A stretch of DNA of 64,000 nt from contig OZ024746.1 of assembly GCA_964016885.1 (NCBI GenBank), forward strand, positions 90,954,001 to 91,018,000. The letters are read 5' to 3'. A program made the position numbers and the translations under genes. Positions 25,339-40,792 of the stretch are shown piece by piece; position 1 is the stretch's first letter; every line of letters begins with the position of its first letter. A model generated the notes under the pieces. That model had not been told where the DNA came from. It searched no databases and saw only the letters and a program-made list of their open reading frames with translations. This DNA comes from Eledone cirrhosa. Taxonomy: Eukaryota.

Positions 25339-26257
25339 TACCAGTGGTACCCGGCGTTGCACGGAATAAGGTATTTTGGAACGCGGGCCAACAACAGACC
25401 TAATCGTGGAAAAACTTTATGCTTGGACAATATGTAAAGAAAATAAACCGAATACTCTGATGGCTGGATAATCTTTAAGATTTTCCTCGATGAAGCAGGA
25501 AAAATGCAGGTTTTCACATAATGCGGGCCCTAGGGGATCAAAAAAATAATTTTCTTTTATGTGCATAATATGCTTTGAAATTTCGGGAAAATCGACTAGA
25601 CGTAACGCCTCCAAAAAGCCCTAAAAAGCTGAAAAAATGAAGTTTTTCACCTAATGCGGGCCCTAGGCCATAAACATGTTGGATTTTCTTTGCTCACGGT
25701 ATGAAGAAGAGACTGACTAATACATAGTTACAATTTCAAGGAAATCTGTTTGACGTATCGCCTCAAAAAAAACCCTAAAAAGCTTAAAAAACGCAGTTTT
25801 TCACCTAATGCGGGCCCTAGGAGATCAAAAAGTTGAATAACACTCCCTGAAATATAAGTAATACACATGTAAAGTTTGAAAAAAATCGGTTGGGTACTTC
25901 TCGAGTTTTAAGGATTCAAACTCACAGACACACACACACACACACACCCAGACATCCTCAGGGAAGTGACGTAATGCAGACAGCCAGACATACAGTCAGA
26001 TATTATAAGGGCGCGACGTTATATGTATGTATGTATCTAAAATGAGAAAGACTAAGAATTATAGAGAGAGATCACTAAATCGCCTAATGCGGTCCCTAGG
26101 GCATTGACAATTTGAAATTTCTTTTGCTCAGAACACTCCCTGAAACATAAATATTACATGTGTAAAGTTTGAAAACAGTCGGTTGGGTGTTTCTCGAGCT
26201 TTAGGGATTCAAACTCACACACACACAGACAGACATCCTCAGTTTTATATATATAGA
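25338..26257 (-). mobile_element. Apparently complete non-autonomous Helitron
   Basis: 5' TCtatatatataaaactgaggatgtctg at 26257; 3' hairpin plus GTAG at 25338; internal ctaatgcgggccctagg repeats; second copy at 45083. Confidence 0.75.
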
Positions 26258-26975
<718 letters not shown>

Positions 26976-27039
26976 TATGTATATTTCTTTCTATCTATAT
27001 TTATATCTATCTATCTACTTATCTATCTATCTATCTATC

Positions 27040-27236
27040 CATCGTACTCCTGGAGATGAGGGTTGCACATTTTTTTCGGGGGTCTGTGTTACCCATATAA
27101 ACTGTCTCCCTCTATTGGGGAAAATCGACTAACTTTTAAATTCGATCTGTGATAACATTTTACACGTTTTTATTGTATGTAAACTTCCCCCTTTGTATTT
27201 GTCCCCTTCTTTTGTGCCCCTGTGGCTAATAAAGAA

Positions 27237-27310
<74 letters not shown>

Positions 27311-28022
27311 ATGTTTGTTTGCACATTATCTATACTCACACACCAATGCATATATGGAAAGGAGATGTGATATTTTGCCAAGTTAAACATTAGTGTATGA
27401 ATGCTGACTCGGTATGACCTAAGTGCTGTTGAATTAGCGACGAAACAAAAAAAAACGAGGCTACCATCGAGGTTAAAAGTTCAGTTAAAAGCAGGCATTT
27501 ATGACTAATTACCAAAAAACCGAAACTCAGCATGGTGTAATCAGCAAAACGTTTTCACCTCCAAAATGTAGACCAGGTCTCGATAATGTGGTTGCGTGGC
27601 GAATTCGTGTTGCATATTATATATCTATATATCACTTTAGAAGGAGAATCAGGGTGGAGCGAGAGAGGCACTACACCCCAGAAAATTTACTGAAAGGTGG
27701 ATGAATGAAGCGAAAATGGCCCGAGTGATTGGGCCTTCTCTGTTTATAAGCCTGTAGGTTAAAGAACAGAGAAAAAGGAAGAAGGGAGCACCTGCACAAC
27801 ACGCTCCTGAAGTTGAGAGTTGTTCTATCTACGGGGTATTAAACAACCCATTTGTGGCGCCTCCCTTGGGGATTTCGATTGTTATAATTGTTTGTTTCAA
27901 TATTTTTACACGACTGCATGTAAAATCCTCGGCATGTGTCTTTGTATTGTCCCCTTTTCTTGTGCGCCCTTGTGGCTAATAAAGAAATATATATATTTAC
28001 ATGCATGCATGAATACATACAT

Positions 28023-28114
<92 letters not shown>

Positions 28115-28206
28115 GACTAAAAAGTCACTCGTTCAGCGCATCAGTAGGGGTTCTCCTACATGGATATAAAGTAGTGGCCGTACTCGAAAACGAGTTGGCA
28201 GCCACC

Positions 28207-28249
<43 letters not shown>

Positions 28250-28735
28250 TATGCACACTCATCTATATCCACCTATCTATCTTACTCTCTTTCTTTATTA
28301 GTCATATGTTTGAAATAAGACTGCATCTTTGTGCATGTAAACCTATACTTGTTTATATCCATCCTCATCTCTCTCTCTCTCTCTCTTGGAAGAAGAATCA
28401 GGATGGAGAGAGAGGTGCTGTACCCCAGCAAATTTTATAAAAGGTGGGTCAATGGGGCAAAGATGGCCCGAGTGGTTGGGCCTTCTCTCTATATAAGCCT
28501 GTAGGTTGAGGAAAAAGAGGAAGAGAGGAAGGGAGTACTCACACTTGGTGCTCCTGGAGATGAGGGTTGACATTTTTTCGGGGTGTGTACAACCCCTGTG
28601 TAACACCTCCCCCCTATTGGGGATTTCAATTGTTATTTGTTGTTTTATTAATAGTTTTATTTTCATATACCTGTATGTAAACTCCCCATTTGTATTTGTC
28701 CCCTTCTTTTGTGCTCTTGTGGCTAATAAAGAAAT
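27040..28735 (+). mobile_element. Cluster of L1/Tx1 3'-end fragments (27040-27237, 27630-27987, 28388-28735) and an RTE-related 3' end (28115-28207)
   Basis: Each L1 piece matches 24650-25003 and ends gtggctaataaagaaa. Confidence 0.8.
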
Positions 28736-28742
28736 TTATATA

Positions 28743-28816
<74 letters not shown>

Positions 28817-28820
<4 letters not shown>

Positions 28821-29004
28821 AACCAGTAAGACCCCGACAGCTGAGCTCAAGCCGTTTCGACGGCTAATTCTCCGAATTAGCCGTCGAAACGGCTTGAGCT
28901 CAGCTGTCGGGGTCTTACTGGTTCCTATTACCCACTCTACTACCTAAAGTATTGAGTACTTTGGTGCGTTATGGTCCACCTGGTTCCTTACCACATTTCC
29001 TTCG

Positions 29005-29007
<3 letters not shown>
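28817..29007 (+). mobile_element. Palindrome-plus-tail element, copy 2
   Basis: Palindrome 28817-28927 plus the same tail, within (TA)n. Confidence 0.9.
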
Positions 29008-29050
<43 letters not shown>

Positions 29051-29258
29051 GTGAGGGTTATTTTTTACAAAATGAAAAATAATCGAGGTGTCCTACGCGA
29101 GTGAAAGTATAAAGAAAAAAGATGAAATCGAAAATGCAACTGGAGTCTTATTTTTAAAAAATATATCTATATTTATTTGGTTCCTTTACCGGTTTCGCAG
29201 TTCTTCTGCTTTTCAAAAGTAGAGTTGAGATGGAGGGCTGTGGTTTTTTATATATATA

Positions 29259-30195
29259 TCTCCTTATAATATATAACCAGCAATTTCTCTGTTTGTCTGT
29301 CTGTCCGACAGTGGAAACATGTGCGCGCGTGCGAATGTTTTTTGCGCACGCGTAGAGAGAGAGTGAGAGTGAAAGAAAGAGACAGACTACGAGAGGGGGA
29401 TAGCGGGAGAGGGAGAGAGAGTGAATAGACGCTAAAACACGTGCGCGCGTGCGAATGTTTTTTGCGATCGCGTAGAGAGAGAGTGAGAGTGAAAGAAACA
29501 GACAGATTACAAGAGGGGGATAGCGGGAGGGAGAGATGGGGGGGGATTGAGGAGTGCTACAGAAACATATATACATTTCTGTGTGTGTGTAATATATATA
29601 TATACACACACACAGAAATATATATATATACACACAGAAATATATATACATTTCTGTGTATGTAATATATATATATATACACACAGAAATATATATACAT
29701 TTCTGTGTGTGTAATATATATATATACACACACAGAAATATATATACATTTCTGTGTGTGTAATATATATATATACTAGCAGAAAACCGCCCACCGGGTG
29801 GTTTTCTGCTAGTCTATATATATAAAACTGAGGTTGTCTGTCTGTCTACTAAAACAGTCGGCACACATCTCCTAAACCATACGTTCAAATTTCGGTGAAA
29901 TCGCTACACTTATAGATGAATGTCCGGCGGAGACATCGGTCAAAAATAAATGTTCAAATCGACCCGCCGCCAATTGCAAAAATCGAATTTGTAATGTATT
30001 GATTTTTCAGTTCAAATGTATAAATAGAGATGAGAGACGAGTTATTTCCCTTTTATGGCGTCATTTGTTTATCTATTTACGTTACGAATAAACGTGCAAA
30101 AGTACAAAAATATGCGAACAGTTTTCGGGCCAGCAAAATTTTAAGCTTCCATTTTGCTTCATTTCCATTAAAAATTCTTTTAAAACAATATTTCA
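29259..30195 (+). mobile_element. Head-to-tail Helitron-like segments
   Basis: CTAG|TCtatatatataaaactgagg junction at 29812/29813; 29813-30195 matches 37140-37566 reversed. Confidence 0.65.
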
Positions 30196-30541
30196 GCGCA
30201 TCAGCCTCGCCATCACCCGAGGCAACGCTGCGAGTGTGCTGGCTTGCCTCAAAAATCATTAGAGAGGTTGCCCAGTAATCGCAACGCTGCTGTCTTTTGC
30301 TCTGGTGTTGGCTCCGTCGTTCACCCCTTCCTTTCCATTTTCTTTAATATTGTAGCATTGAAGGAATATATCTTTCATTGTATCATCCTTTGTAGTGTTA
30401 CCGAGGCATTTGTAATGTTATTTATGTATATATTTAAAACATATTTGTTATGTTATTCTACTGTAAATTTATTTATATGCTCTGTTTATATTTTCATTCT
30501 CACTACCCTCAAAAATCTATGAAACTACATACATGTTGCAA

Positions 30542-30573
<32 letters not shown>

Positions 30574-30715
30574 CACACACACACATATACATATACATCT
30601 AAAGAGAGACAGGGAGATGTAGAGAGAGAGAGTGAGATAGGTCTTTCTACAGAGAGAGGTACAAGATAATCAGATAGAGAGACAGAGAGAGAGAGAGAAT
30701 GGCGACGAACTCTGG

Positions 30716-30762
<47 letters not shown>

Positions 30763-30909
30763 GTGTGTGTGTAAACCTCATGCATTTCTACAGTATTTTC
30801 CCCAAACTTAAGACATAGGTTACTTATGTACTCCGGATGGACAGAGAGACACAGAGAGAAAGAGAGATCTGCGCGTTCTTTATTGTTCTCCATTCTGTAG
30901 AGGAAGAGA

Positions 30910-31070
30910 GAGACATGTTCACGAGTGATGGAAGGCAGGTTGAGTTAAGTGCAAGAATTGCAAAATCTGGTGCAGTAATGCGCCAGATTCAGCATTCAGT
31001 AATCAGAAGAAGGAAGGTAGACGTAAAAGCCAAAGTCGCTGTCTTCGATCAAACATTCGCTACTATACTT
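30910..31070 (+). mobile_element. RTE-clade RT fragment
   Basis: FTSDGRQVELSARIAKSGAVMRQI..KAKVAVF. Confidence 0.7.
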
Positions 31071-31129
31071 CTCTTCTTTCAATCCACTCACCCTTCTACC
31101 TAACAATACCAAACTTCTGCAAAACAAAC

Positions 31130-31970
31130 GATCCTTCAGCCAACCCACCAATGACCCTTCAGACAACCCAGCCCCTAGTTCAGACAACCCACCAACGACC
31201 ATTCAGACAACCCAGCCCCTACTTCAGAGAAGCCACCAACGACCCTTCAGACAACCCAGCCCCTACTTCAGACAACCCATCAACGACCCTTCAGACAACC
31301 CACCAACGACCCTTCAGACAACCCACCAACGACCCTTCAGACAACCCACCAACGACCCTTCAGACAACCCATCAACGCCCCTTCAGACAACCCACCAACG
31401 ACCCTTCAGACAACCCACCAACGACCCTTCAGACAACCCACCAACGATCCTTCAGCCAACCCACCAACAAACCTTCAGCCAACCCAGCCCCTACTTCAGA
31501 CAACCCATCAACGACCCTTCAGACAACCCACCAACGACCCTTCAGACAACCCACCAACGACCCTTCAGACAACCCACCAACGATCCTTCAGACAACCCAG
31601 CCCCTACTTCAGACAACCCATCAACGACCCTTCAGACAACCCAGCCCCTACTTCAGACAACCCACCAACGATCCTTCAGACAACCCACCAACAACCCTTC
31701 AGCCAACCCACCAACAACCCTTCAGACAACCCACCAACGACCCTTCAGACAACCCACCAACGACCCTTCAGCCAACCCAGCCCCTACTTCAGACAACCCA
31801 CCAACGACCCTTCAGACAACCCACCAACGACCCTTCAGCCAACCCAGCCCCTACTTCAGACAACCCACCAACGACACGACCCTTCAGACAACCCACCAAC
31901 GATCCTTCAGACAACCCACCAACAACCCTTCATCCAAACCAGCCCCTACTTCAAGCAACCCACCCCTATT
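31130..31970. repeat. Minisatellite of ~23-bp acccttcagacaacccaccaacg units and variants
   Basis: Direct reading. Confidence 0.92.
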
Positions 31971-32785
31971 TCTCCTAATCCATTATCCTTCAACCAATTC
32001 CATCAACTGACGTCTACCAACCTACCATATAGTTACTAATCCACCAGACTTTCTGGAGATCAATCATACGTTTAAATAAATACTAAACTACATCCATCTT
32101 CGATTTAACCCTTACTTCCTTCACTCTATTCAACTACAAACTACAAGCTCAATATTTTTATCTATTTCTTTATATTATATTTGTTGTTGTTGTTAACACA
32201 TTTAATGCCACAAATCACAATTCTATATAGAAGGAAACTTTCTAATTCAGATCCCTTAAATCTTCAATTCTTTTTCTCGTTTCTTTCCTTGACTCTCCCT
32301 AACTTCCCCCATGGCGGCGAATTGGTAGAGTCGTTAGAACATCGGATACAATACTTTGTGCTATTCGTTCCGGCTCGCTGCTCTCTGCGTTCAAATCCCG
32401 TCAAGATCAACTTTGCCTTTCATCCTTTCAAGCGCGATAAAAAAAGTACCAGTCTAGAACTGTGTTCGACTCTTCCTCTATATCTCTTTCCCACTTTCTA
32501 TCCTTCTCTGGAAGAAACCTGCTGTACTCAGGTCTGGAGAGGGATGGGCTCTGTCGAGTTTAAAGATACCCATTAGTGTCTGCAGTTATGTTCGCATGCC
32601 AACACAAGAGCAAGAATGAAGTGTCCATTCTACTGACATGGCTATAAAATTGAGGCTTGTTTGCATAATTGCAATCGAATCGAATGTTAATATTAATATT
32701 CGAAAAACTCAGATTACATTTATTTTATTCAGCCATGTAGAGCGAAATTTTCTTTTTTTATATATATATATATATATATATGTAT

Positions 32786-32995
32786 GGTAAATTTCTTTAA
32801 GTCGTTTGGAAGCCTCGACAATGCAAATGGGTAAATCTCCGGGTAACAAGATCCGGTGGTGGAGAGAGAGATGTAAGTGGGTGTACGTTGAGTTGCGTGG
32901 CGTGTATAAGACGTGTAGAGGAATGAAGGAAAGAGCATAAAGGATAAAATAAAATAACAACACGAGAGAGAGTTACCTTGGGAGAGATTTAATTG
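32786..32995. repeat. Unclassified dispersed repeat; second copy at 48141-48357
   Basis: ggtaaatttctttaagtcg...gggagagatttaattg, two near-identical copies. Confidence 0.85.
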
Positions 32996-33706
32996 GACCT
33001 ACTCTGAGTATATGCTTGTAAATTGAAGGTGGAAAACAGGGAGAGTACACTTGCCTTGGTGGTCAGGGTCACCGTGGCTTTTTTAATGGGCTTTCTCCTC
33101 GGAAGTCTCCCCCCCTATTGGGGAATTTTTTATTGTTCTTTTTATTACATCCTCTGTTTTTTGTTTTTTTTTACATGCAGAAATGCCCATTTGTACCGTC
33201 CTGTATTGTCCTGTACTGTCCTTAATGTCAACTTTATGTAAAACCTTGTGGTTAATAAAGAAAACATTATTATTATTATTATTATTTTTTTTTTTTTTAA
33301 AATACATTTATGCATTTCGTGGCTTCTTTGGGTTTATTGTTTGATTGTTTTCTGCCTAGACAATATATATATATAAAAGCGAGGATGTGTGTGTGTCTGT
33401 GTACAACTTTGCATACTTAAGGCTTTTACAATTACCAACTGAATTTGACCAAATTTTCTGTGCACGTTGCACAAGTCGCTAAGATTGTCACATCACAAAC
33501 ATTTTTCAAATCGACCCACGTTGAGCAATAAAAAATCAATATCAAAATTATCGGTAGCAAAATTGATGTAACGGAGATAGATAACCAACTTTATTGACAG
33601 AAATATAAACATCAGATTCATTTGAAGATAAATCACTATTATCGTTTGTTTCTCGTTTATTCTTTGTTGCATTTCAAACCCCGGGCAACGCTGGGTAAAT
33701 CTGGTA

Positions 33707-33814
<108 letters not shown>

Positions 33815-34732
33815 ATGTTGTCTGGGAAGCAAATATAGAGATACATATTCAGACATATATATCTGATTAACTCTATATATTTTTGCATAACTCGCCAATA
33901 TTTAATATCATTTTATTTTAAACTGCTGTAATAAGATTTTAGTAGGAAATATTGGTGTGTGGGGGGTAGCGTTGTGTGTGGAGGGGGGATAGCGTGGGGG
34001 GGGGGGGTAGCGTTGTGTGTGGAGGGGGATAGCGTTGTGTGTGGAGAGGGATAGCATTGTGTGGGGGACAGCGTTGTGTGGAGGGGGAATAGCGTTGTGT
34101 ATGGAGGGGGGATAGCGTTGCCATTGTAAATTTCTTTTCTTCGTTATTCTTTATGTTATCTCAAGCTGAGATGTGACGTAATTCAAGCTATGCTGATGCC
34201 TTCAGTTTAAATTATATTTTAAGTAAATTACGTTCAAACCGAAAATGGCTCCTTGTACTGCATTAAAACGTGACTAATCTGGATTTAATATATTAAAAAG
34301 TGAAATATTCCACAGATTTATTATATTAAAACTTTAAAATAATTTCGGTGTTTTGCTTTAGAATTTGAATGGTCTGTATAATCTGTATAGCAAGCAAATT
34401 GTGGATTGTGCCCATGCTGGAGCATTGCCGATGACAGTAAGTGTCACGTGTTATATCAGTTGGATAAAGTGCGAGTATTTTCAAGGAAATTTCTACACAT
34501 ATTGTATAAAGCTATGCTTGAAGCATAGCTTTATACAATATGTATAGAAATTTCGTATTTCGTATTTGTATAAAACTATGCTTGAAGCGAAATCTTATTT
34601 CTTTTCTATTATGAGTTGAGCCAACTTATGCAGCTCCATATGCAAATGACATTAATCACCTCATTTACACAGACGAGAAAACTATATATTCTCAACTGTT
34701 TTCAAGTCCAGCAGTCGCAAGCGGTGGGAGGG

Positions 34733-34776
34733 ACCGTCCTGACGAAGGCCAGTCAAGCCTGAAATGCATAGACGGT
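34733..34776 (+). ncRNA. Minimal type I hammerhead ribozyme
   Basis: ACCGUC-CUGACGA-AGGC-CAGUCAA-GCCU-GAAA-UGCA-UA^GACGGU; all stems pair. Confidence 0.85.
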
Positions 34777-34826
34777 TGTCTTTTTTACTTCTGCTGGACA
34801 CCACCAGAGGGCGTTAGCCCCGGTGT

Positions 34827-34857
<31 letters not shown>

Positions 34858-34861
<4 letters not shown>

Positions 34862-37045
34862 CTGAATTACCCGGTGTTGCCCGGGTTGCGGCTGTTCTTA
34901 TTCAGATTAGTAAACAATAAATAGGAAGATATGTTATTTTTTACTCATAATTATTTCAAAATATCTATATTTTATTTTTAAAATATCAAAATTGTAATGG
35001 TAATAGAATTTAGAAATGAAAATCTATCAATCTTGAAGCACCTCAGGGTAAACAAATTTTATTGTGTAATTTTTTATTGCTGTTCAAATGAATAAATTGT
35101 TGCTACACACTCACATACATACATTCTCACATACATATACTAAGACAGACATACATTCACGCAGACACATGCATAGCTTTTCATCTCATTTTTGGTCAGT
35201 TGCTACATATGTATATATATGTGTAGATGTGTGAGTGTATTTAATCACGTACTCAATGAACGCACACACACACACACACACATACTCACAGACACATACA
35301 TATTCAAATACAAAATGTGACAAAGGCGTGTCGTTTTCTATTGTTTTAATGCAAATGAAAATAAAAATTATCACACATAGACTCACACACACATACACTC
35401 ACACACATATACACTCTCACATACATATACTAAGACAGACACACACACACACACACATACACACATACACTCTCACATACATATACTAAGACAGACACAC
35501 ACACACACACATACACTCTCACATACATACACTCTCATATACATATACTAAGACAGACACACACAGACATACATTCATGCACAGCTACACTCTTGCATAC
35601 ATACACTAAGACAGACACACACACACACATATACTCTCACATACATACACTCTCACATACATATACTAAGACAGACACACACACGGACATACATTCACGC
35701 AAACCTATTACTTATCAGTCACCACATATGTATATGTATGTGTAGATATGTGTGTGTTTAATTGTCTGTGTGTGAGATAATGTGTATGCAACTTACTAAG
35801 GCCATATGTATGTGTGTGTTCCTCCTCGTATGTTTGATTATAACACCTCGCTGTAAACAATGTTCTTTGTTTTTCCGCGTCGAGCAAATGCGAAAAGGTT
35901 TCCTCTGCTTCCCACTCGGGAACACCCAACGTACAATTGTCCGTGTGAGAATGTTTTTGGAGCCATTATTGCTCTTTCGCACAGCCAATTGTGATTTTGG
36001 TAATTTTCTGTCAACTTCGGAAACACTTGGTCTTTCAGCTCCTTCACAGAATTAACAATGGTACAAAATGGCCAGACGTCCATTTCTCCAGCAGCGTCGA
36101 GAGGCACCTTGCCATCGCCAAGTGTCAACATGTCCTGTGCAAACCTAGCGGACATGTGGTCACCGTGTAGTTGAGCTCTCGTGTTAGTGGTAAGAGTCAG
36201 GGTCGTAACGTGTCGCCGGAATGGAGAGGATTTAAGGCACGCCTGGACTTCATCTGCCCTGGTACCTTTGGGAATGACGGGAAGACTCTGTCTGAAATCA
36301 CCAGACAACAGAAGCGTTACACCTCCCATTGGAGCATGACAATCTCTGATATCTTTTAGGGTTCTATATACTGCTTCCAGAGCTCCTTTGTGGGCCATGG
36401 CGCATTCATCCCTCACAATGACATGATAACGTTTGAGGACCTGACACTGGTCTGAGATTTTACTGATGTTGGAGGTAGGCGTTTCAGATGTTGCTAAATC
36501 CAGGGAGAGTTTAAAAGTCGAGTGCGCTGTGCTGCCACCTGGCAGCAAAGTAGCAGCAATCCCAGAGGAGGCAACAGCTACCGCGATATCCCTATGCTGC
36601 CTAACTTTTGCAAGGAGGAGCTTCGTTACAAAATACTGACTTGATGTTAACAGAAAATAATTTATATTTAGAATTAAGTTTGACTTTCTGTTTGTCTACA
36701 TCAGATTTCTTCCTTACACAGTTAATATTTGACAAGCTTGAAACGTCGAATGTTTGTGAATGTTATTGGCTTTTATGTTTCGAACGAAGTACCGTAATTA
36801 AAATATATTCTTTTTACCAATAAAGTATTTCACAAACTTAAAATGATTTCAGATGCAACATTAGCTTCAACTTTTATTTTTTTCTTATTATATAATTTTT
36901 GGTATAATTTAGAAAAACCCGAATTAGTTTCCAGTCGAAATATTTTACAAGTAAAATTAATTACCAAGATAAATGTCCATTATATTGATTTAAATTTATA
37001 ACATTTTTGAGGTTGGTGAGCAATGTTTTTCGTAATGCTGTTGCG

Positions 37046-37102
<57 letters not shown>

Positions 37103-37566
37103 AAAAAATGCGTTATCTGTCTGTCGTAGGCTTGTTTTCAAATAAAAATATTGTTTTAAAAGACTTTTAATGGAAATTAAGCAAAATGGAAGCTTAATGT
37201 TGAAATTTCGAACTCATGAATTTTGCAGGTTAAAAGTTTACTGGCCCGAAAACTGTTCGTGTATTTTTGTACTTTTGCATGCGTCGTATATTCGTAACGT
37301 AAATAGATAAACAAATGACGCCATAAAAGGGAAATAACTCGTCTCTCATCTCTATTTATACAGTTGAACTGAAAAATCAATACATTACAAATTCGATTTT
37401 TGGCACTTGGCGTGGGTCGATTTGAACATTTTTTTACCGATGTCTCCGCCTGACCTTCATCTATAAGTGTAGCAATTTCACCGAAATTTGAACGTACGGT
37501 TTAGGAGGAGATGTATGCCGACCGTTTTAGTAGATAGACAGACAACCTCAGTTTTATATATATAGA
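34858..37566 (-). mobile_element. Internally deleted Helitron(s) carrying a Pif1 remnant
   Basis: 3' hairpin end at 34858, 5' TC end at 37566, helicase fragment between; may be composite. Confidence 0.65.
35838..36620 (-). pseudogene. Helitron RepHel Pif1-family helicase fragment
   Basis: IAVAVASSGIAATLLPGGSTAHSTFKL, DECAM, GDFRQSLPV, FSHGQLYVGCSRV, KTKNIVYSEVL; internal deletion. Confidence 0.9.
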
Positions 37567-39326
37567 CTAGCCGCTCCCTCCCCGCTAGCTCGACCAGCTC
37601 CTATATGATCTCCATATAGATTCTTAAACTTGCAATAAAAACAAAAGAGGTTGCCTCCTCTTTTCACTTCTACTACATTTATGTGTAGAGGACAGACAGA
37701 CCGAGAAACAGCTTTTCTTTTATAATATAGATGATTGATACAAGCAGAACCCCACTGGTTGTCGATCGATTAAATGGTGGGTGAAGGCAAAGCTAGCAGA
37801 ATCGTTGAAGTATTGAACAAAATACATCATGTAATCTTTCGGTTTCTATATTCTTAGTTCAAAAGTCATCAAGATCAATGTTACCTCTGATTCGCCCCGT
37901 CTCAAATAAAGTACCCGACCAATGTAGTGGAATATTAGAATTAATAGAACTTTGAACACTGGTGTGGCGAGCTTGTCTGTGTCTCATCGACAAGATTGCG
38001 TCTTTGTAACGCCCCTTAGCAAACATATCTATGTATCTATGAACCCGTAACTTCTGATGGGGGTGGTAGAGGTATCGCATTGACATACAGCGTATATTAC
38101 AGCGTAATATCTGGCGGAGCCCATATTTCCTCTCCAGGTTTGTAAACAGCAGATTTCTTCTAGAGAATAATAGGGGTGGGGGAATGGAAGTGCGAAAGAG
38201 ATATAGAAGAAGAATCAACCCCAGTACTAGACTGGTTCTTTTTTTATCGACCTCAAATGGATGAATGTCAAAGTTAGCCTCGGCGTGATTTAAACTCAGA
38301 GAGCAGAGAGCCGGAACAAATACTAACGACTCTACCAATTCGCCATCTTTAACAAACACATACGGCTTGTGAAATAAGTCACCAGAAATCGTTGGAGAAG
38401 ATGCAGGAAGGAAGACGGTGGAACTGCAGATTCGTTGGAGCGTCTCACAAAATTCATGTAGTTTTTGATTACGGTCTTTTATATTTTAAATATAGGCGGC
38501 GAATTGGCAGACTCGTTAGAACATCGGATAGAATGCTTTATGATATTCGTACCGGCTATCTGCTCTCTGAGTTCAAATCCCACCGAGGTCAACTTTGCCT
38601 TTCATCCTTTCAAGGTCGATAAAAAAAAGTACCAGTCTAGTACTGGGGTGAATTCTTCTTCTATATCTCTTTCTCATTTTCCTCTCTCTCTCTCTCTTTC
38701 TATCTTTCTCTGGAAGAAATCTGCTGTACTCTGGCCTGGAGAGGGATGGGCTTCGCCAGGCTTAAAATGTCTAAGAAACGCTGTATGTCAATACCGCGCC
38801 CCTACAACTCAATCAGGAATTACGAGACCATACAGATATACATACGTTTCCCAAAACAACTTTGCATTTCCGGGGTCGATAAAATAAAGAGTTACTTTAA
38901 TATTTCTACAAATTAATCTAGAATAGGATTAAAACTGTCGCAGCTTTGCTCTCTTCTGCTTGGATCCAATGCTAGTCAGAAAAGACATCATGTGTTTAAC
39001 TCACATTAGAAGCAATCTATCTCCTTTCTCACAAGTCTTGTGCTTCGTGTGACCCCATAAGACCGTTCCATTCTGAAATTTTCCATTGGTATTAATTCCG
39101 TGTAGCATAATAGACACGAAAGCAAAAACCATTTTCATGGAATTCAACGACGAGGCCATGTGCTGTAGCCTACATGTACTTTACAACAATGATATCTCTT
39201 GGAAAAGCTTCCTTCGTATTTCTACATGCTGTGGGTTGTCTCCATTTAAAAACATACAGAATACCCGTACGTTAATAGAAATTCTTCTATTCATGCAGTA
39301 ATATGCTAATTACATTTTAAAACACA

Positions 39327-39530
39327 TACGAGTGTCTGCTAAAACGTCATAGGCTGACTATAGAGGAGTGATGCTAGAGCTGTAAAATCTTGCATGCATT
39401 AAGTTCCACTCTTTTTATTAATAACTGCATTGCTTGTTTCCAGGGATTACGTTGAATAAAAATAAACCTCATTTGGCCATTCCATGAGAGTATCTTGGTC
39501 AGCCTGTGAACGTTTCAGCCGATCCTCGTA
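39327..39530. mobile_element. Mariner-type MITE
   Basis: Imperfect ~33-bp TIRs TAcgag..aaacgt..aggctgac / gtcagcct..acgttt..ctcgTA. Confidence 0.7.
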
Positions 39531-39559
39531 TCTTGCTTCAAACACACACAAGTATACAC

Positions 39560-39900
39560 TCACCTACTCACACACTCAGATATTCACATGGTCATACACC
39601 CACACACTCGCCTACCCACACACTCAGGCAGTCACATGCTCATACACCCACACAGTCACATACCCACACACTCAGACATTCACATGGTCATACACCCACA
39701 CACTCGCCTACCCACACACTCAGATATTCACATGGTCATACACCCACACATTCGCCTACCCACACACTCAGACAGTCACATGGTCATACACCCACACACT
39801 CGCCTACCCACACACTCAGACAGTCACATGCTCATACACCCACATAGTCACATACCCACACACTCAGACATTCACACACTCAGATAGTCACACACTCAGA
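39560..39900. repeat. Minisatellite, 48-bp unit x~6
   Basis: cacacactcagatattcacatggtcatacacccacacactcgcctacc. Confidence 0.85.
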
Positions 39901-39927
39901 TATGCACATGTTCACACCCACACACAC

Positions 39928-40022
<95 letters not shown>

Positions 40023-40179
40023 AATAAACATACATGCTCGCTATGAACGTGTGTTAGTACATTAGGTCAGCCAGTATCAAACAAGAAAGTCATTCAGCAA
40101 GTCGAATTATTTCTGGCAGCTTTTTGTTCGATTTATATTTTTCTTTCAAATATGTTATGCTCTAATTCAGCATCTATAA

Positions 40180-40274
<95 letters not shown>

Positions 40275-40394
40275 ACAAAGGACAAAAGAACTCATAAGAG
40301 TCAACGGCCATCGAAAAGTCTGTAAATATGTATATAAACATGTACATATGTATGTATATGCGTATATACATGGGTGCATGTGTATGTATATGCG

Positions 40395-40665
40395 CGGGGA
40401 CATAGAAATAGTCGGGCTGGACACCCGATCGCGCGGTTAAACCACTGGGAGTGAAGGACCCTTAGCCTTTGTCAGGGCATTCTTCTAGGAGAAGGCAACT
40501 CAGGAAACTGGGATAACTCCGATATAAAACCTGCGGCTCAGTAGTTACTGATGATGTTGATCTTTTCTTCTTTTCCGGTAATAGCTAGTGTCGATCAGAC
40601 AGTGGGATTGGCTCAGTGCACAGTCTTTCCTCACTTTAAAAAATATCTTCACGCACAGGCATTGC
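40395..40665 (+). mobile_element. Sister family of the RTE-related non-autonomous element; second copy at 43190-43480
   Basis: Shares ccttagc.tttgtca, gatgatgttga and gcacaggcattgc with 9319-9928. Confidence 0.6.
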
Positions 40666-40792
40666 ACGCGTATGTGTGTGTGCGTGAAAGTCATGAATTC
40701 AATCGGGATAACCACAGTATCTAAGGTAGCCAATACATTAGTAGAGTGTATACAACTCTGTTATCTATCTATATATATATATATATATATAT

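Noticed and set aside
31151-31978. 275-aa mucin-like ORF
   Set aside because: Stop-free reading of a 23-bp minisatellite whose unit is not a multiple of three
35838-36548. Host PIF1 gene
   Set aside because: Intronless, internally deleted, has a Helitron-type C-terminus and lies between Helitron termini
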